Below are positions 28,526 through 38,052 of a stretch of 64,000 nucleotides of DNA, one piece after another. Location: contig CAVRIN010000007.1 of the NCBI GenBank assembly GCA_963721285.1, forward strand, positions 244,873 through 308,872. Reading direction: 5' to 3'. Position 1 is the stretch's first letter; every line of letters starts with the position of its first letter. The position numbers and the translations under genes are program-made. The stretch is from an uncultured Solirubrobacteraceae bacterium (GTDB taxonomy: Bacteria; Actinomycetota; Thermoleophilia; Solirubrobacterales; Solirubrobacteraceae). The notes under the pieces are model-generated. The model was not told where the DNA came from. It searched no databases and was given only the letters and a program-made list of their open reading frames with translations.

Positions 28526-30044
28526 CGCCAGGCACATGCCGGGCTCCATCCGCGGCCTCGAAGTGGTGGCAGTTGCCGATCGCGTAACGGGCGAGCGCAG
28601 ACCTGAAGGTGGGCACGCGAGGCCTGGACCGGCCGGGCAGGATGATGATCGCGAGAAGGAAGGCGACGGCGAAGATACCGACCGACCACCAGAACGCAGT
28701 GGTGTAGCCGTGAACTGCCGCGGCGTCAGCCAGGCCGGGGGTGTGTAGGTGCGCGACCGTGTAGCTGGCGACCGCGCTGGCGAAGATCGTGCTCAGAAGG
28801 GAGGTGCCGACCGAGCCGCCGACCTGCTGGGAGGTGTTGACCATCGCCGAGGCGACCCCGGCCTCGCGTCCCTCCACGCCCAAAGTCGCCGTCGAGAACG
28901 CCGGGGCGAAGATGCATCCCATCCCGACGCCCAGGACGAGAAGACCGGGAAGGACACCGCTGGCATAGCTCGAGTCGGGCGTCAGGCGCGTGAACAGGAA
29001 CATCGCGATCGCCCCGAGCGTCGTACCGGCGAGTACCAGCGGCTTGACTCCGGTGTGTTCGATCACGCGGGTCTGCACGGTGGTCGAGGTGACAACCAGA
29101 ACGCCGGTCAAGGGGAGGAACGCCAGTCCGGTGGTGAGCGGCGACAGTCCGAGCTGCTGCTGCAGGAAGAAGGTGAGAAACAGAAAGACGGCAAAGATGC
29201 CCGCGCTGGCCAACGCGAGCGTCGTGTACGCGCCGCCGCGCGCCCGGTCCCAGATGATGTGCAGGGGGAGCAACGGAAACTTGGCTCGGCGCTCGATCAG
29301 CACGAAAGCGGTCAGGAGCACGGGGCTGGCGACGAGCGCGACGATCGTGGCCGTGGCACCCCAGGAGTGGGTCTCGGCGTTGGAGAACCCGTAGACCAGC
29401 GCGAACAGGCCCAGCGCTGAGGTGAGAACGCCGGGTATGTCGATCGGATCCCGCTCCGGAGCCCTGTGATTGACCAGCAGGCGCAACGCCACGATCGTCG
29501 TCGGCACGGCGATCACAAGGTTGACGTACAGGCACCAGCGCCAGGACAAGACTTGGGTGAGCGCGCCGCCGAGTATCAACCCGAGCGAGGCGCCACCGCC
29601 GGCGATTGCACCGAAGATCCCGAACGCCGTGTTCCGGTCGGGAGACCCCTCGAAGGTCACCGTCAACAACCCCAGTGCCGACGGTGCGAGCAGCGCGCCG
29701 AATGCCCCCTGCAGCGTCCGGGCAGCCACCAGCACGCCGAAGGACTGTGCCAGCCCGCCGATCGCCGAGGCGATCGCGAACCCGACCAGGCCGGCGATCA
29801 GGGTCCACTTTCGCCCGAACAGATCACCGAGCTTGCCACCCAGCAGCAGGAGGCTGCCGAACGCCAGCGCGTAGGCGGTGATGATCCACTGCCGGCTCTC
29901 GGTTGAGAAATGCAGCGATTCCTGGGCCGAAGGGATCGCGATGGTCACGATCGTCGCGTCCAGCACGACCATCAGCTGCGCGACGCTGAGGAGCGCCAGG
30001 ACCGCCCATCGATTCGGTTCACGATCCGTCGCGGCCACCGACAT
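28500..30044 (-). CDS. MFS efflux transporter, DHA2 (EmrB/QacA) family
   Basis: QLMVVLDATIV, WIITAYAL, GKLGDLFGRK, WRWCLYVN; about 14 TM. Confidence 0.92.
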   Translation of the reverse strand: MSVAATDREPNRWAVLALLSVAQLMVVLDATIVTIAIPSAQESLHFSTESRQWIITAYALAFGSLLLLGGKLGDLFGRKWTLIAGLVGFAIASAIGGLAQSFGVLVAARTLQGAFGALLAPSALGLLTVTFEGSPDRNTAFGIFGAIAGGGASLGLILGGALTQVLSWRWCLYVNLVIAVPTTIVALRLLVNHRAPERDPIDIPGVLTSALGLFALVYGFSNAETHSWGATATIVALVASPVLLTAFVLIERRAKFPLLPLHIIWDRARGGAYTTLALASAGIFAVFLFLTFFLQQQLGLSPLTTGLAFLPLTGVLVVTSTTVQTRVIEHTGVKPLVLAGTTLGAIAMFLFTRLTPDSSYASGVLPGLLVLGVGMGCIFAPAFSTATLGVEGREAGVASAMVNTSQQVGGSVGTSLLSTIFASAVASYTVAHLHTPGLADAAAVHGYTTAFWWSVGIFAVAFLLAIIILPGRSRPRVPTFRSALARYAIGNCHHFEAADGARHVPGATTGAGGR

Positions 30045-30211
30045 CAGCTGGGTCGCATTGCGTCGAACGCCGTGGCGGTCTTCGCCGGCAGGCGGACAGT
30101 GAGCTCGACCAGGCCGGCGGGCGTTTCCGGCCGAATGGCCTCGAGCATCTCCTCCTGGTAGTCGATCAGCACAGGGGCTCGGTCCTTATTGTCTGTCCCC
30201 GTCACGGGCAT
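30044..30211 (-). pseudogene. Truncated isochorismatase/YcaC-like hydrolase fragment (55 aa)
   Basis: MPVTGTDNKDRAPVLIDYQEEMLEAIRPETPAGLVELTVRLPAKTATAFDAMRPS*; VLIDYQ motif; TGATG overlap with MFS start. Confidence 0.5.
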
Positions 30212-30425
30212 CGCCCGTCGGAGTAGTCAGGAACGCCGACTGGCAGGCGCCGTCCGTGATCGGTAGAGAATGCCACTCGACGCGACCGGCCGTGGATGAG
30301 CGGCGTCGACTGCTCCTTCAGAAAGCCGCGGAAGCCCGAGTTCGGCCGTCCTCGGTCGCCTCGAGACCGGCTCGGGCATCACAAGATCGGACCGGGAATC
30401 GCCCGCCCAGGCCCGCGGCGCCGAT

Positions 30426-31190
30426 CTACGGGAGGGTTTCGAATTCGCTGGTGGCTTTGAGCCCTTTACCGCCGAAGATCGCTGCGTATTCCGCGGCGGC
30501 GTTGTTTTCTTTGCCGCCACCGACCCACGATGACCCGCGGGAAGCTTTGTTTTGCGCGCCCCCGCTGACCGATGCGATGAAGCCGGCTTCGTTGAGCTGC
30601 CCGCCGCTGATCGATGAGTTGAAGCCGCTGGCTCGGTTGCGCTGACCCCCGCCGGCCCAGGAGCCTTCGCCGCTGGCGACGTTTTCAAAACCGCCGGTGA
30701 CCGAGGCGAACGGGCCGCTGATCGTGCTCGCCCGGCCGGCGAGAATGCCCGCGAAGCTGGTGAACGTCTGTTCTTCGCCGAGGATCAGGTCGTGGGAGCC
30801 GGTCTGCGCATGACTGCCGGGGTTCTCGTCGTAGCCGATTACGAGATTCCCCTCCCCGTTGATCGCGCCGCTGGTCGAGCCGGAGCCGGAGACGATCTGG
30901 ACGTTCACGCCCGAGAACTGGAGCGTTGGCCCGCCGCCGATGCCGCTTTCGACGAAGCTCATGTGGGGCGCGATCTTCGTCAGCATTTCGAGCCCGGACG
31001 GCCCGGGCAGGCTCAAAGCGCTGTACGTGATCGATTTCGTGTTTTTGCACGTACCAGCGTCGCCGGCGACGATCGGCTTGCCGACCTTGCTCGGTATGCA
31101 GAGGGTCGTAGTGGATTCCGCCCCGGCAATGCCGTCGATCATCAGGAACGCCGCGAGCAGTGCGGCAAACCAGAGACTCAACCCCTTCAT
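30426..31190 (-). CDS. Secreted protein with ~14-residue S-x-x-GG-x-x-N-x-A repeats
   Basis: Signal peptide; ASVTGGFENVASG/SWAGGGQRNRASG/SSISGGQLNEAG/ASVSGGAQNKAS/SWVGGGKENNAA. Confidence 0.75.
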   Translation of the reverse strand: MKGLSLWFAALLAAFLMIDGIAGAESTTTLCIPSKVGKPIVAGDAGTCKNTKSITYSALSLPGPSGLEMLTKIAPHMSFVESGIGGGPTLQFSGVNVQIVSGSGSTSGAINGEGNLVIGYDENPGSHAQTGSHDLILGEEQTFTSFAGILAGRASTISGPFASVTGGFENVASGEGSWAGGGQRNRASGFNSSISGGQLNEAGFIASVSGGAQNKASRGSSWVGGGKENNAAAEYAAIFGGKGLKATSEFETLP

Positions 31191-31461
31191 CGCTAGCTCC
31201 GATCCATTGTGTGGCGAGACGCCACGCGGCCCTCGCGCTCAGCCCCGCCGCCCAATGAGCGGCCGGCGTCAATTTGTGTTCTTTGAGGCAATGAATTACA
31301 GACGCCTGTCACCCTCGCCCGCGAGTCGCGACGGACGCATGTATTAGCCAAATGTCAACAGCGCGGCGGTTCCCATGGTCCGTGTGCGAGCGGAGCGCAG
31401 ATCACGTCGGTCAATCCTTCGACCTTGCCGCCCACGGAAGGGGACGGGCGGTGGCTGACGC

Positions 31462-31866
31462 CTACTCGAGCCCGACGGCGTTGAGGGCCTTCGGCTTGTC
31501 GGTGAAGGCGTCGACGCGAGTCGCCTTCCTGTTCGGGCCTACGGTGATCAGCCACGCCCAGTCCGCAGTGATCTCCGTCGTCGTGACATGGTCGCTGTGT
31601 GTGATCGAGCGGACGACCGCGATGACGCGGTGCTCATCGACGTCGATCACCTCGAGGGGTTCCGTGCGCACATCGCCGAAGACTTCGGCAAGCCGACCGA
31701 GGTAGTCGCGCACGCCGGCGTGGCCGCGGTAGATGCCGGGCTCCATCGACTCGCTCGGGGGGTGCCACTCGACATCGGCGTCGAGGTATTCGATGAGGGC
31801 ATCCGCTCCGCCGTCGTTCCACGCCCGCGTCGCCTGCCAGGCGAGCTTCACGTTGTCCTCCGACAT
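31462..31866 (-). CDS. SnoaL/NTF2-like protein
   Basis: MSEDNVKL..AWN, LDADVEW, YRGHAGVRDYL, C-terminal ALNAVGLE. Confidence 0.82.
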   Translation of the reverse strand: MSEDNVKLAWQATRAWNDGGADALIEYLDADVEWHPPSESMEPGIYRGHAGVRDYLGRLAEVFGDVRTEPLEVIDVDEHRVIAVVRSITHSDHVTTTEITADWAWLITVGPNRKATRVDAFTDKPKALNAVGLE

Positions 31867-31869
31867 CGC

Positions 31870-32049
31870 CTACTCCGCCACCGACGCGGCTTTGAGAGCC
31901 TCGTCGTGATCGAGATAGGTGCGGAGGCGCGAGATTCTGCCGCCGCGAAGCTCCGCGAGCATCCCAAGGGCTGGGTTCACCTGGACGCCGTCGAGCCGGT
32001 TGTAGGCGTCGACGCCCCGCTTGGCGATCTCTACGTTCTCCTGCGACAT
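31870..32049 (-). pseudogene. Internally deleted SnoaL/NTF2-like gene (59 aa)
   Basis: MSQENVEIAKRGVDAYNR joined in frame to GVQVNPALGMLAELRGGRISRLRTYLDHDEALKAASVAE*; core absent. Confidence 0.65.
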
Positions 32050-32097
32050 CTCCTGCGCCGAGTATCCCCCTCACCGGCAGGCTCGCGCGGGAAGCCC

Positions 32098-33963
32098 TCA
32101 GCCCCCGACGCGAGCCGTCGAGTCCGAGTCGCCTGGCTGCGGCTCGCTGCTCGGCTCCTGCCCGCTCGCGCCGCGCGTCCCGCGGGCGCCGTCGGGCCAG
32201 ACCGTCCACACCGCGAGCTTCCCTGTCCGGCCGCGAACCTCGAACTCCCCGACCCACGAGAGATCCTTGTTGGGTCCGCGCATCCGCTCGCGCGTCGATT
32301 CCGCGATGAACAGCATCGCGCCGCTGTCCTTGGTCATCCCCTCGAGGCGCGAGGCCGTGTTGGTCGTGTCGCCGATCGCCGTGTACTCGACGCGCTGCTC
32401 GGAGCCGACGTTGCCGGCCATCACCAGGCCGCTGTTCAGTCCCACGCCCATCACGAAGCGGTGCTCGAAGCCCTGCTCGGCGATCCACGTGTTGAACGCC
32501 TCCAGTCGCGGCCCGATCATCTCTCGCGCGGCGCGCACCGCTCGGTCGGCATGGTCCTCCTGGGCGAGCGGCGCGCCGAAGACCGCCATGATCCCGTCGC
32601 CCATGTAGGAGACCAGCGTGCCTCCCGCCGCCAGGATCGCCTCGGTCATCTCGTTGAGGTAATGGTTGACGACGTCGATCACCAGCGCGGCGGGCTGCGA
32701 CTCGGAGAAGCTGGTGAAGCCGCGCAGGTCGGAGAACAGGACGGTGCAGTCGCGCTCGACGCCGCCCAGCCGCAGGTTCTCGTCGGTGCTCGCGAGCACC
32801 TCGTCGACGACGCCGGCCGGCACGAACCGGGAGAACATGTCACGCACGCGCTGGCGCTCGATCGCCTCGCCCATGTAGAGCACCGCGAGGGTGCCCAGCG
32901 TGCCGATCGCGAGCGCGAGCAGGGGATAGACGAAGGCGACGATCACCCCGCTGTTGAACGCGATCTGAACCGCGATCGTAAAGACGACCGCCAGCGCGAG
33001 CGCGTCGAACAGCGAGCGCCACCCGCGCAGCCGCAGGCTGCCGAGCGGGACGGCGATCCCCATGAGCACGATCAGCAGCACGTCGACCCAGCCGGCCGCG
33101 TCCGTCAGCGGGACTCCGCGGAGCAGGGTGCTCGCCGCGTTGGCCCAGATTTCCGGCCCTGCCATCTGGCCGCCGTTGGTCGTCGGGGTCGCGTGGATGT
33201 CACCGAGGATCGGAGCGGTGTCGCCGACGATCACGATCTTCCCGGCGAAGGCTCCCGGCGCGAACTTGCCGTCGAGCACCTTCGAGTAGGAGATGGACTT
33301 GAACGTTTCGGGCGGGCCGACGTAGTCGATCGGAAGCGTGCCGTGGTCGAACAACGAGGCTGCGACCTTCCGGCCCGTGAAGACTTCCGCGGTCACGACC
33401 GGGAAGCTGTGAAGGCCGTTGTAGGAGTAGCCGAGCCGCCGCGTGACGCCGTCTGTGTCGATCTCCTGGTCTTTGCGCAGCCTGACCTCGGCGGCGCGCG
33501 CCCCCAGTTCGCGCAGCAGGCTCGGGCCTCCGAGAACGTCGGTGCGCCCGTGCGGCGGTTCCACTTCGGTTGCCGCCAGCACCACCTTCCCGTGCGCGCG
33601 GCCGATCGCTTCGATCAGCGCGTTGTCGTCGGCGGGGTCGGTTTCCTGCGTGAACTCGAGATCGATCGCGATCGCCTTCGCCCCCGCGCGACGCAGGCGG
33701 TCGATCACGCGCGCGTCGTAGCGGCGCGGGAAGGGGGGCTGGCCGCGCTTCGAGTTGCGAAACGCCTGCAACGTCGCGTTGTCGATCGGCACGAGCACCA
33801 CGTCCGAGGGCACCTGCTGCTTGCCCCGGATCGAATAGCGCGCATCGACAGTCTGCAGCTCGCTGCGCCGCAGCAGGTTCGTCGCGTAGACGAGCACGCC
33901 GACCCCGGCGGCGAGTACCGCGACGACCACCAGTGCTCGGGCTCGTTGCCGGCGCGCGCGCAT
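32098..33963 (-). CDS. CHASE2-domain membrane class III nucleotide cyclase
   Basis: VVLVPID, AIAIDLEF, DTDGVTRR, GKIVIVG, GPEIWAN (CHASE2); 3 TM; LFSDLRGFT, YMGDG, EYTAIGDTTNTASRLE. Confidence 0.92.
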   Translation of the reverse strand: MRARRQRARALVVVAVLAAGVGVLVYATNLLRRSELQTVDARYSIRGKQQVPSDVVLVPIDNATLQAFRNSKRGQPPFPRRYDARVIDRLRRAGAKAIAIDLEFTQETDPADDNALIEAIGRAHGKVVLAATEVEPPHGRTDVLGGPSLLRELGARAAEVRLRKDQEIDTDGVTRRLGYSYNGLHSFPVVTAEVFTGRKVAASLFDHGTLPIDYVGPPETFKSISYSKVLDGKFAPGAFAGKIVIVGDTAPILGDIHATPTTNGGQMAGPEIWANAASTLLRGVPLTDAAGWVDVLLIVLMGIAVPLGSLRLRGWRSLFDALALAVVFTIAVQIAFNSGVIVAFVYPLLALAIGTLGTLAVLYMGEAIERQRVRDMFSRFVPAGVVDEVLASTDENLRLGGVERDCTVLFSDLRGFTSFSESQPAALVIDVVNHYLNEMTEAILAAGGTLVSYMGDGIMAVFGAPLAQEDHADRAVRAAREMIGPRLEAFNTWIAEQGFEHRFVMGVGLNSGLVMAGNVGSEQRVEYTAIGDTTNTASRLEGMTKDSGAMLFIAESTRERMRGPNKDLSWVGEFEVRGRTGKLAVWTVWPDGARGTRGASGQEPSSEPQPGDSDSTARVGG

Positions 33964-33967
33964 CTGC

Positions 33968-36900
33968 TCACACCCTGACGGCCGTGCGCCGGCCCGTCAG
34001 CTCTGCCGGCCCCGTGCCGGCGCCGAACAGCCACTCCGGAGCGTCCTCCAGGGCCGCCGCCGCTGCCCTGCGCCCGTCCTCGCGCGCCTGGTCGATCTGG
34101 TGGAACTCGAGCAGCCCGACGCCCGGGACCGGGACCCTGATCGTCATGTCGGCGTGCCGCCGCGCCGACTCGTCGGTGTTCGCGCTGCTCAGCAGAGCGA
34201 TGCGAGCCATCGTGTCGGTCAGCGGCGGAAGTCGCCGGCGCGAGCCGTGGTCGGCGTGCGCCTCGCCGCCGTCAGGGCTCTCGCCCGGATCGGCCCCGGC
34301 CTCGCCGCCCTTGATGTCAATCGCGAGCACCGGGCCCTCGCCGGCTGAGCTCATCGGTGCGAGCGGCAGGTTGTCGAGCAGCGAGCCGTCGACGAGCAGA
34401 CCCTCCTCGCGGCGGGCGGGCGGAGCGATCAGCGGCAGCGTGATGCTCGACGCGACTGCTGTGGCGAGCGGGCCGTGGCGGTCGATCACGAGGCGGCTCC
34501 CGCGCAGGTCGACGCTCGCGCAGTAGAACGAGCGTGAGAGCTCCTCGATCCGCGCCTCGCCGAAGACGCGGTCGAGCATCGCGCGCGCCTTCTGGCCCTT
34601 GATCAGCGAGGAGCGCGGAATCGTGTAGTCGTTGATCGGGTTGCGCCGCACCCACTCCTCGTAACAGCAGGCGTCGATCGCAGCGATGTCGTGTCCCTGC
34701 GCGAGCAGCCCGCCGACGAACGCGCCGATGCTCACTCCTCCGACGCGGTCGACGGTCACCCCGGCGTCCAGCAGCACCTCGAGCGCCCCGAGGTGCGCGA
34801 ACGCGCGCGCGCCGGCGCCGCCGAGCACGACGCCGAGGGCGTTGCCGGTGAGCCGCCGCGCCATCAGCGCGATGTCGGAGCGGTGCTCGCCGCCGGCACC
34901 GATCGCGAAGGTCGCGACCGGCGCGATCGCATCGACCCAACCGGCGAGCTCACCCGAGGCGAGCTCGACCTCCCAGCCGACGAGGTCCGCGCCGTGCAGC
35001 CGCGCAATCCGATCCCGTTCGCCGGTCGCGGGGTCCGGCAAGACCGGCTCGGCGACGACCGCGAGCACCCGGTCGGCGCGGGCGAGGCAGAACTCGTCCC
35101 AGGCGCTCGGGTCCGTCGCGCTGTCGCACACCATCAGCACCTGGTCGTGGTCGCGCTCGCAGCGCTCGATCAGCGGCCCGAAGTGCGACGCGGCGTCCAC
35201 CCGCGAGCTCACGGCCTCGCCCGACAGCCCGGCGCTGCGGAGCACGGCCACCTTCCCGAACAGGCACATCGCGCGGCTGAGCTCGTCGGCGAGGTCGAGC
35301 AGCGGGACACCCGGACCCGCGGCGCAGAGCGCAATCGTGACCGGCCGCGGGCGCTTTGCCACCGGGATCGCGCGGCTCGCCTGTAGCTGGGCGCTCAGCA
35401 CGCGCGTCAGGCTCAGGGCGAGCTCGGGCTCGGAGCGCAGCAGCGCGTCGAAGTGCGGCTTGTCGATCTTGAGCACCTCGGTGTCGCGGAGCGCACGGAT
35501 CGAGGCGCTGCGCGGCGATCCGTTCAGCATCGCCAGCTCGCCGAGTACGGCGCCGCGGGTCAGCGTGTTGATCGTCTGGGTCTCGGCTCCCTCTTGGACG
35601 ACCCCGAGGTGCCCGACCCGGACGACGTACACGCCGTCGGCGGGATCGCCCTGGCGGAACAGCCACTCGCCGCGCCGCAGGCTCACGTCGACGGCGAGCT
35701 GCGCGATCTGCTCGAGGAGGTCCGCGGAGAGCCCCGCGAACACCTGGATGTTGCGAAGGAATGCGGCGGCGCTCTGGGGCGCCACGGCCGCGTGCTCGTC
35801 CTCTGATGTGGCAAGGCTCGGCAGCGCCGCGAGCTTCGCCCACAGCTCCTCGTCGCCGCCGGGCCGCGCGATCGTGGCGGCGCCGGTCGCCCCCTCGTCC
35901 TCGTCGTGGGTGAGGACCAGGGCGAGGCAGGCGACCGCGCCCGCCACGAAGCAGCCGCCGGCGAACAGCCAGCCGCGCTCGAACCCGGCCAGGGGAGCTG
36001 ACTCGCCGAGGATCGCGATCAGGATCGCGACGCCGAGCGCCGCGCCGATCTGCGTGGCGACGGAGTTGAGCGAGGTGGCGAGCGCAAACCTCGGACCAGG
36101 GACGGTCCCGACGGCGATACCGCTCAGCGTCGGGAACGTCAGCCCCGAACCGATGCCGAGGAGCGCCATTCCGGGCAGCCAGCCGCCGACGAAGTCGGGC
36201 TCCGATCCGAGCGCGAACGCGAAGTAGGCCATGCCGGCGGCCCAGATCAGCGCCCCGGCCACCAGCACGGGCCGATGACCCACGCGGTGCACGAGCTGGA
36301 TCGTCGGGGTCGCGAGCGCCATTGCCACGAACGGCTCCGGGGTCAGCGCGAGCCCGGCCTGGAGGATCGAGTAGTGCCACACCTCGGTGAGGAACAGGAC
36401 GTTGCACAGGGCGTAGGCGAAGAACCCGCCGGCCATCACGAGCGTCGCCCCGTTCGAGAGCTCGAAGGCGCGGATGCGCAGCAGCGACGGATCGATCACA
36501 GGCGTGCGCTCGCGCGTCGTGCGCAGCGCGAAGTAGCCGGCCAACAGCAGCGCCGAGGCGAACGCCGCGAGCACGCGCGCGTTGGCCCAGCCCCATTCCG
36601 CGCCCTTCAGGATCGCGAGCACCAGCGAGGCGATCGCGAGCGCCAGGACGAGCCCGCCGAGCAGGTCCGGGACGCGCCTGCGGCCCGGCGCGCGGCTCTC
36701 GACGAGGACCCGCCTGGCGAGAACGAACGCGACGACGCCCGCGACGACGTTGACGACGAAGATCAGACGCCAACTCGAGGCGGTGATCAGCAGACCCCCG
36801 ACGGGAGGGCCCAGGCCGGCCGCGAGCGCAGCGACGGCGGAGCCGAGCGCGACCGCGTGCATGCGCTCTCCTCGCTGATGCGCCTCGAGCACGATCGCGA

Positions 36901-37303
36901 GCGAGGCAGGCACGACCATCGCCGCGCCGGCCGCCTCGATGACCCGCGCGGCGACGAGCAGGCCGAGCGTCGGCGCCAGCGCGCACAGCGCCGAGGCGGC
37001 CGTGAAGAGGAACAGGCCGAACGACAAGACCCGGCGGCGGCCGAGGAGGTCCGCGAGCTGCCCGCCGCCGACGAGGAAGGCGGCGAACACGATGTTGTAG
37101 GCGTTCAGGACCCAGGAGACGTTCGAGAGGTCGGCCGATGGGAACGTCTCGCCGATGTTCGGAATCGCGATGTTGACGCTGCTGCTGTCGGCGAACGCCA
37201 TCGCGCTGCCGAGCACCGCGACGACGAGCACGGCCCGGGGCGTCGAGATCCGCCGCGTGCGCTGCAGCAGCGCACCGTGGTGTGGCCGCGTCTCGGTCGC
37301 CAT
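33968..37303 (-). CDS. MFS (DHA2) - cNMP-binding - patatin fusion, paralog 2 (intact)
   Basis: MFS motifs; WLFRQGD, LGELAML..PRSASIRA; VLGGAGARAFAHLG, GGVSIG, DGSLLDN; start MATET overlaps DUF3307 stop. Confidence 0.9.
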   Translation of the reverse strand: MATETRPHHGALLQRTRRISTPRAVLVVAVLGSAMAFADSSSVNIAIPNIGETFPSADLSNVSWVLNAYNIVFAAFLVGGGQLADLLGRRRVLSFGLFLFTAASALCALAPTLGLLVAARVIEAAGAAMVVPASLAIVLEAHQRGERMHAVALGSAVAALAAGLGPPVGGLLITASSWRLIFVVNVVAGVVAFVLARRVLVESRAPGRRRVPDLLGGLVLALAIASLVLAILKGAEWGWANARVLAAFASALLLAGYFALRTTRERTPVIDPSLLRIRAFELSNGATLVMAGGFFAYALCNVLFLTEVWHYSILQAGLALTPEPFVAMALATPTIQLVHRVGHRPVLVAGALIWAAGMAYFAFALGSEPDFVGGWLPGMALLGIGSGLTFPTLSGIAVGTVPGPRFALATSLNSVATQIGAALGVAILIAILGESAPLAGFERGWLFAGGCFVAGAVACLALVLTHDEDEGATGAATIARPGGDEELWAKLAALPSLATSEDEHAAVAPQSAAAFLRNIQVFAGLSADLLEQIAQLAVDVSLRRGEWLFRQGDPADGVYVVRVGHLGVVQEGAETQTINTLTRGAVLGELAMLNGSPRSASIRALRDTEVLKIDKPHFDALLRSEPELALSLTRVLSAQLQASRAIPVAKRPRPVTIALCAAGPGVPLLDLADELSRAMCLFGKVAVLRSAGLSGEAVSSRVDAASHFGPLIERCERDHDQVLMVCDSATDPSAWDEFCLARADRVLAVVAEPVLPDPATGERDRIARLHGADLVGWEVELASGELAGWVDAIAPVATFAIGAGGEHRSDIALMARRLTGNALGVVLGGAGARAFAHLGALEVLLDAGVTVDRVGGVSIGAFVGGLLAQGHDIAAIDACCYEEWVRRNPINDYTIPRSSLIKGQKARAMLDRVFGEARIEELSRSFYCASVDLRGSRLVIDRHGPLATAVASSITLPLIAPPARREEGLLVDGSLLDNLPLAPMSSAGEGPVLAIDIKGGEAGADPGESPDGGEAHADHGSRRRLPPLTDTMARIALLSSANTDESARRHADMTIRVPVPGVGLLEFHQIDQAREDGRRAAAAALEDAPEWLFGAGTGPAELTGRRTAVRV

Positions 37304-37698
37304 CAGCCCGTTACCAGATAGGCGACCAGCGCCAGCGCGAGCACGTGTGAGGACTGGTCCACGCCCAGCCGCACGACGGTGCTCGGCACTCCGTGTACGT
37401 GCTTGACGCGCCGGATCCACAGTGCGACCAGGCTGCCGTCGTCGACGAGCACGTGGGGGAGCCCGACTGCCGCGGCGACGGCGATCGCCGCGAGCGCGCC
37501 GGAGTCATCCGCCACCCAGATCAGCGCGGGTACGAACGCGAGCGTGTACACGAGCCCGTGCATCGCCAGCGCGCGCCGTTTGACCGGACCGCCGCGCAGC
37601 CCGTGTTCCTTTTCGCTCGCCTGCCAGTCGGTCTGGAGCAGGAAGTCGCCGACCAGGTGCGAGAGCAGGAACACGCCGAAGAGCGCGGCCCACGTCAC
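37303..37698 (-). CDS. DUF3307-family membrane protein
   Basis: SHLVGDFLLQT, MHGLVY, PHVLVD, DQSSH conserved His/Asp pattern. Confidence 0.8.
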   Translation of the reverse strand: MTWAALFGVFLLSHLVGDFLLQTDWQASEKEHGLRGGPVKRRALAMHGLVYTLAFVPALIWVADDSGALAAIAVAAAVGLPHVLVDDGSLVALWIRRVKHVHGVPSTVVRLGVDQSSHVLALALVAYLVTG

Positions 37699-38052
37699 CG
37701 TGGCGGTCTCTCTCGGGCGCCGCTGCGGCGCTGCTGCCCATATCAGGTTGCCCCCCAAGATCAGATCGGCGAGTGTATGGCAAGCCCCGCCCCGGCCGGC
37801 CATTGACGGATGCTCTCGCTTTCCGGTCTCGCGCGCCGCCGCCTGCTGTCCAGTTCGGAGCCGGGGCTCTTCCGACACACGTCTATACCGAATTGTCTAC
37901 CCTTTGGTGAAGCTGCGCTAGGAGCACCAGCTCCAAGCCCGCGAATATCTCGGTGCGCGACCCCCGGTGAGGTGTGGTTGACGCCATGAGGGGGGGTCGA
38001 ATAGCCGTTGCCAACAGGTTCCCGGCGCCGACAAAGCGCCGGTAGACAGGTC

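Noticed and set aside
30385-30406. Possible fifth tRNA-Val fragment GATCGGACCGGGAATCGCCCGC
   Set aside because: Only about 15/22 matches in very GC-rich DNA and no accessory repeats
32057-32074. GCCGAGTATCCCCCTCAC resembling the att copies
   Set aside because: Equally explained as a GATACT -10 box for the minus-strand gene; a similar GGGGATACT occurs before the kinase at about 9936
37870-38050. CRP-type site in the divergent promoter of the cyclase module
   Set aside because: No convincing TGTGA-N6-TCACA match
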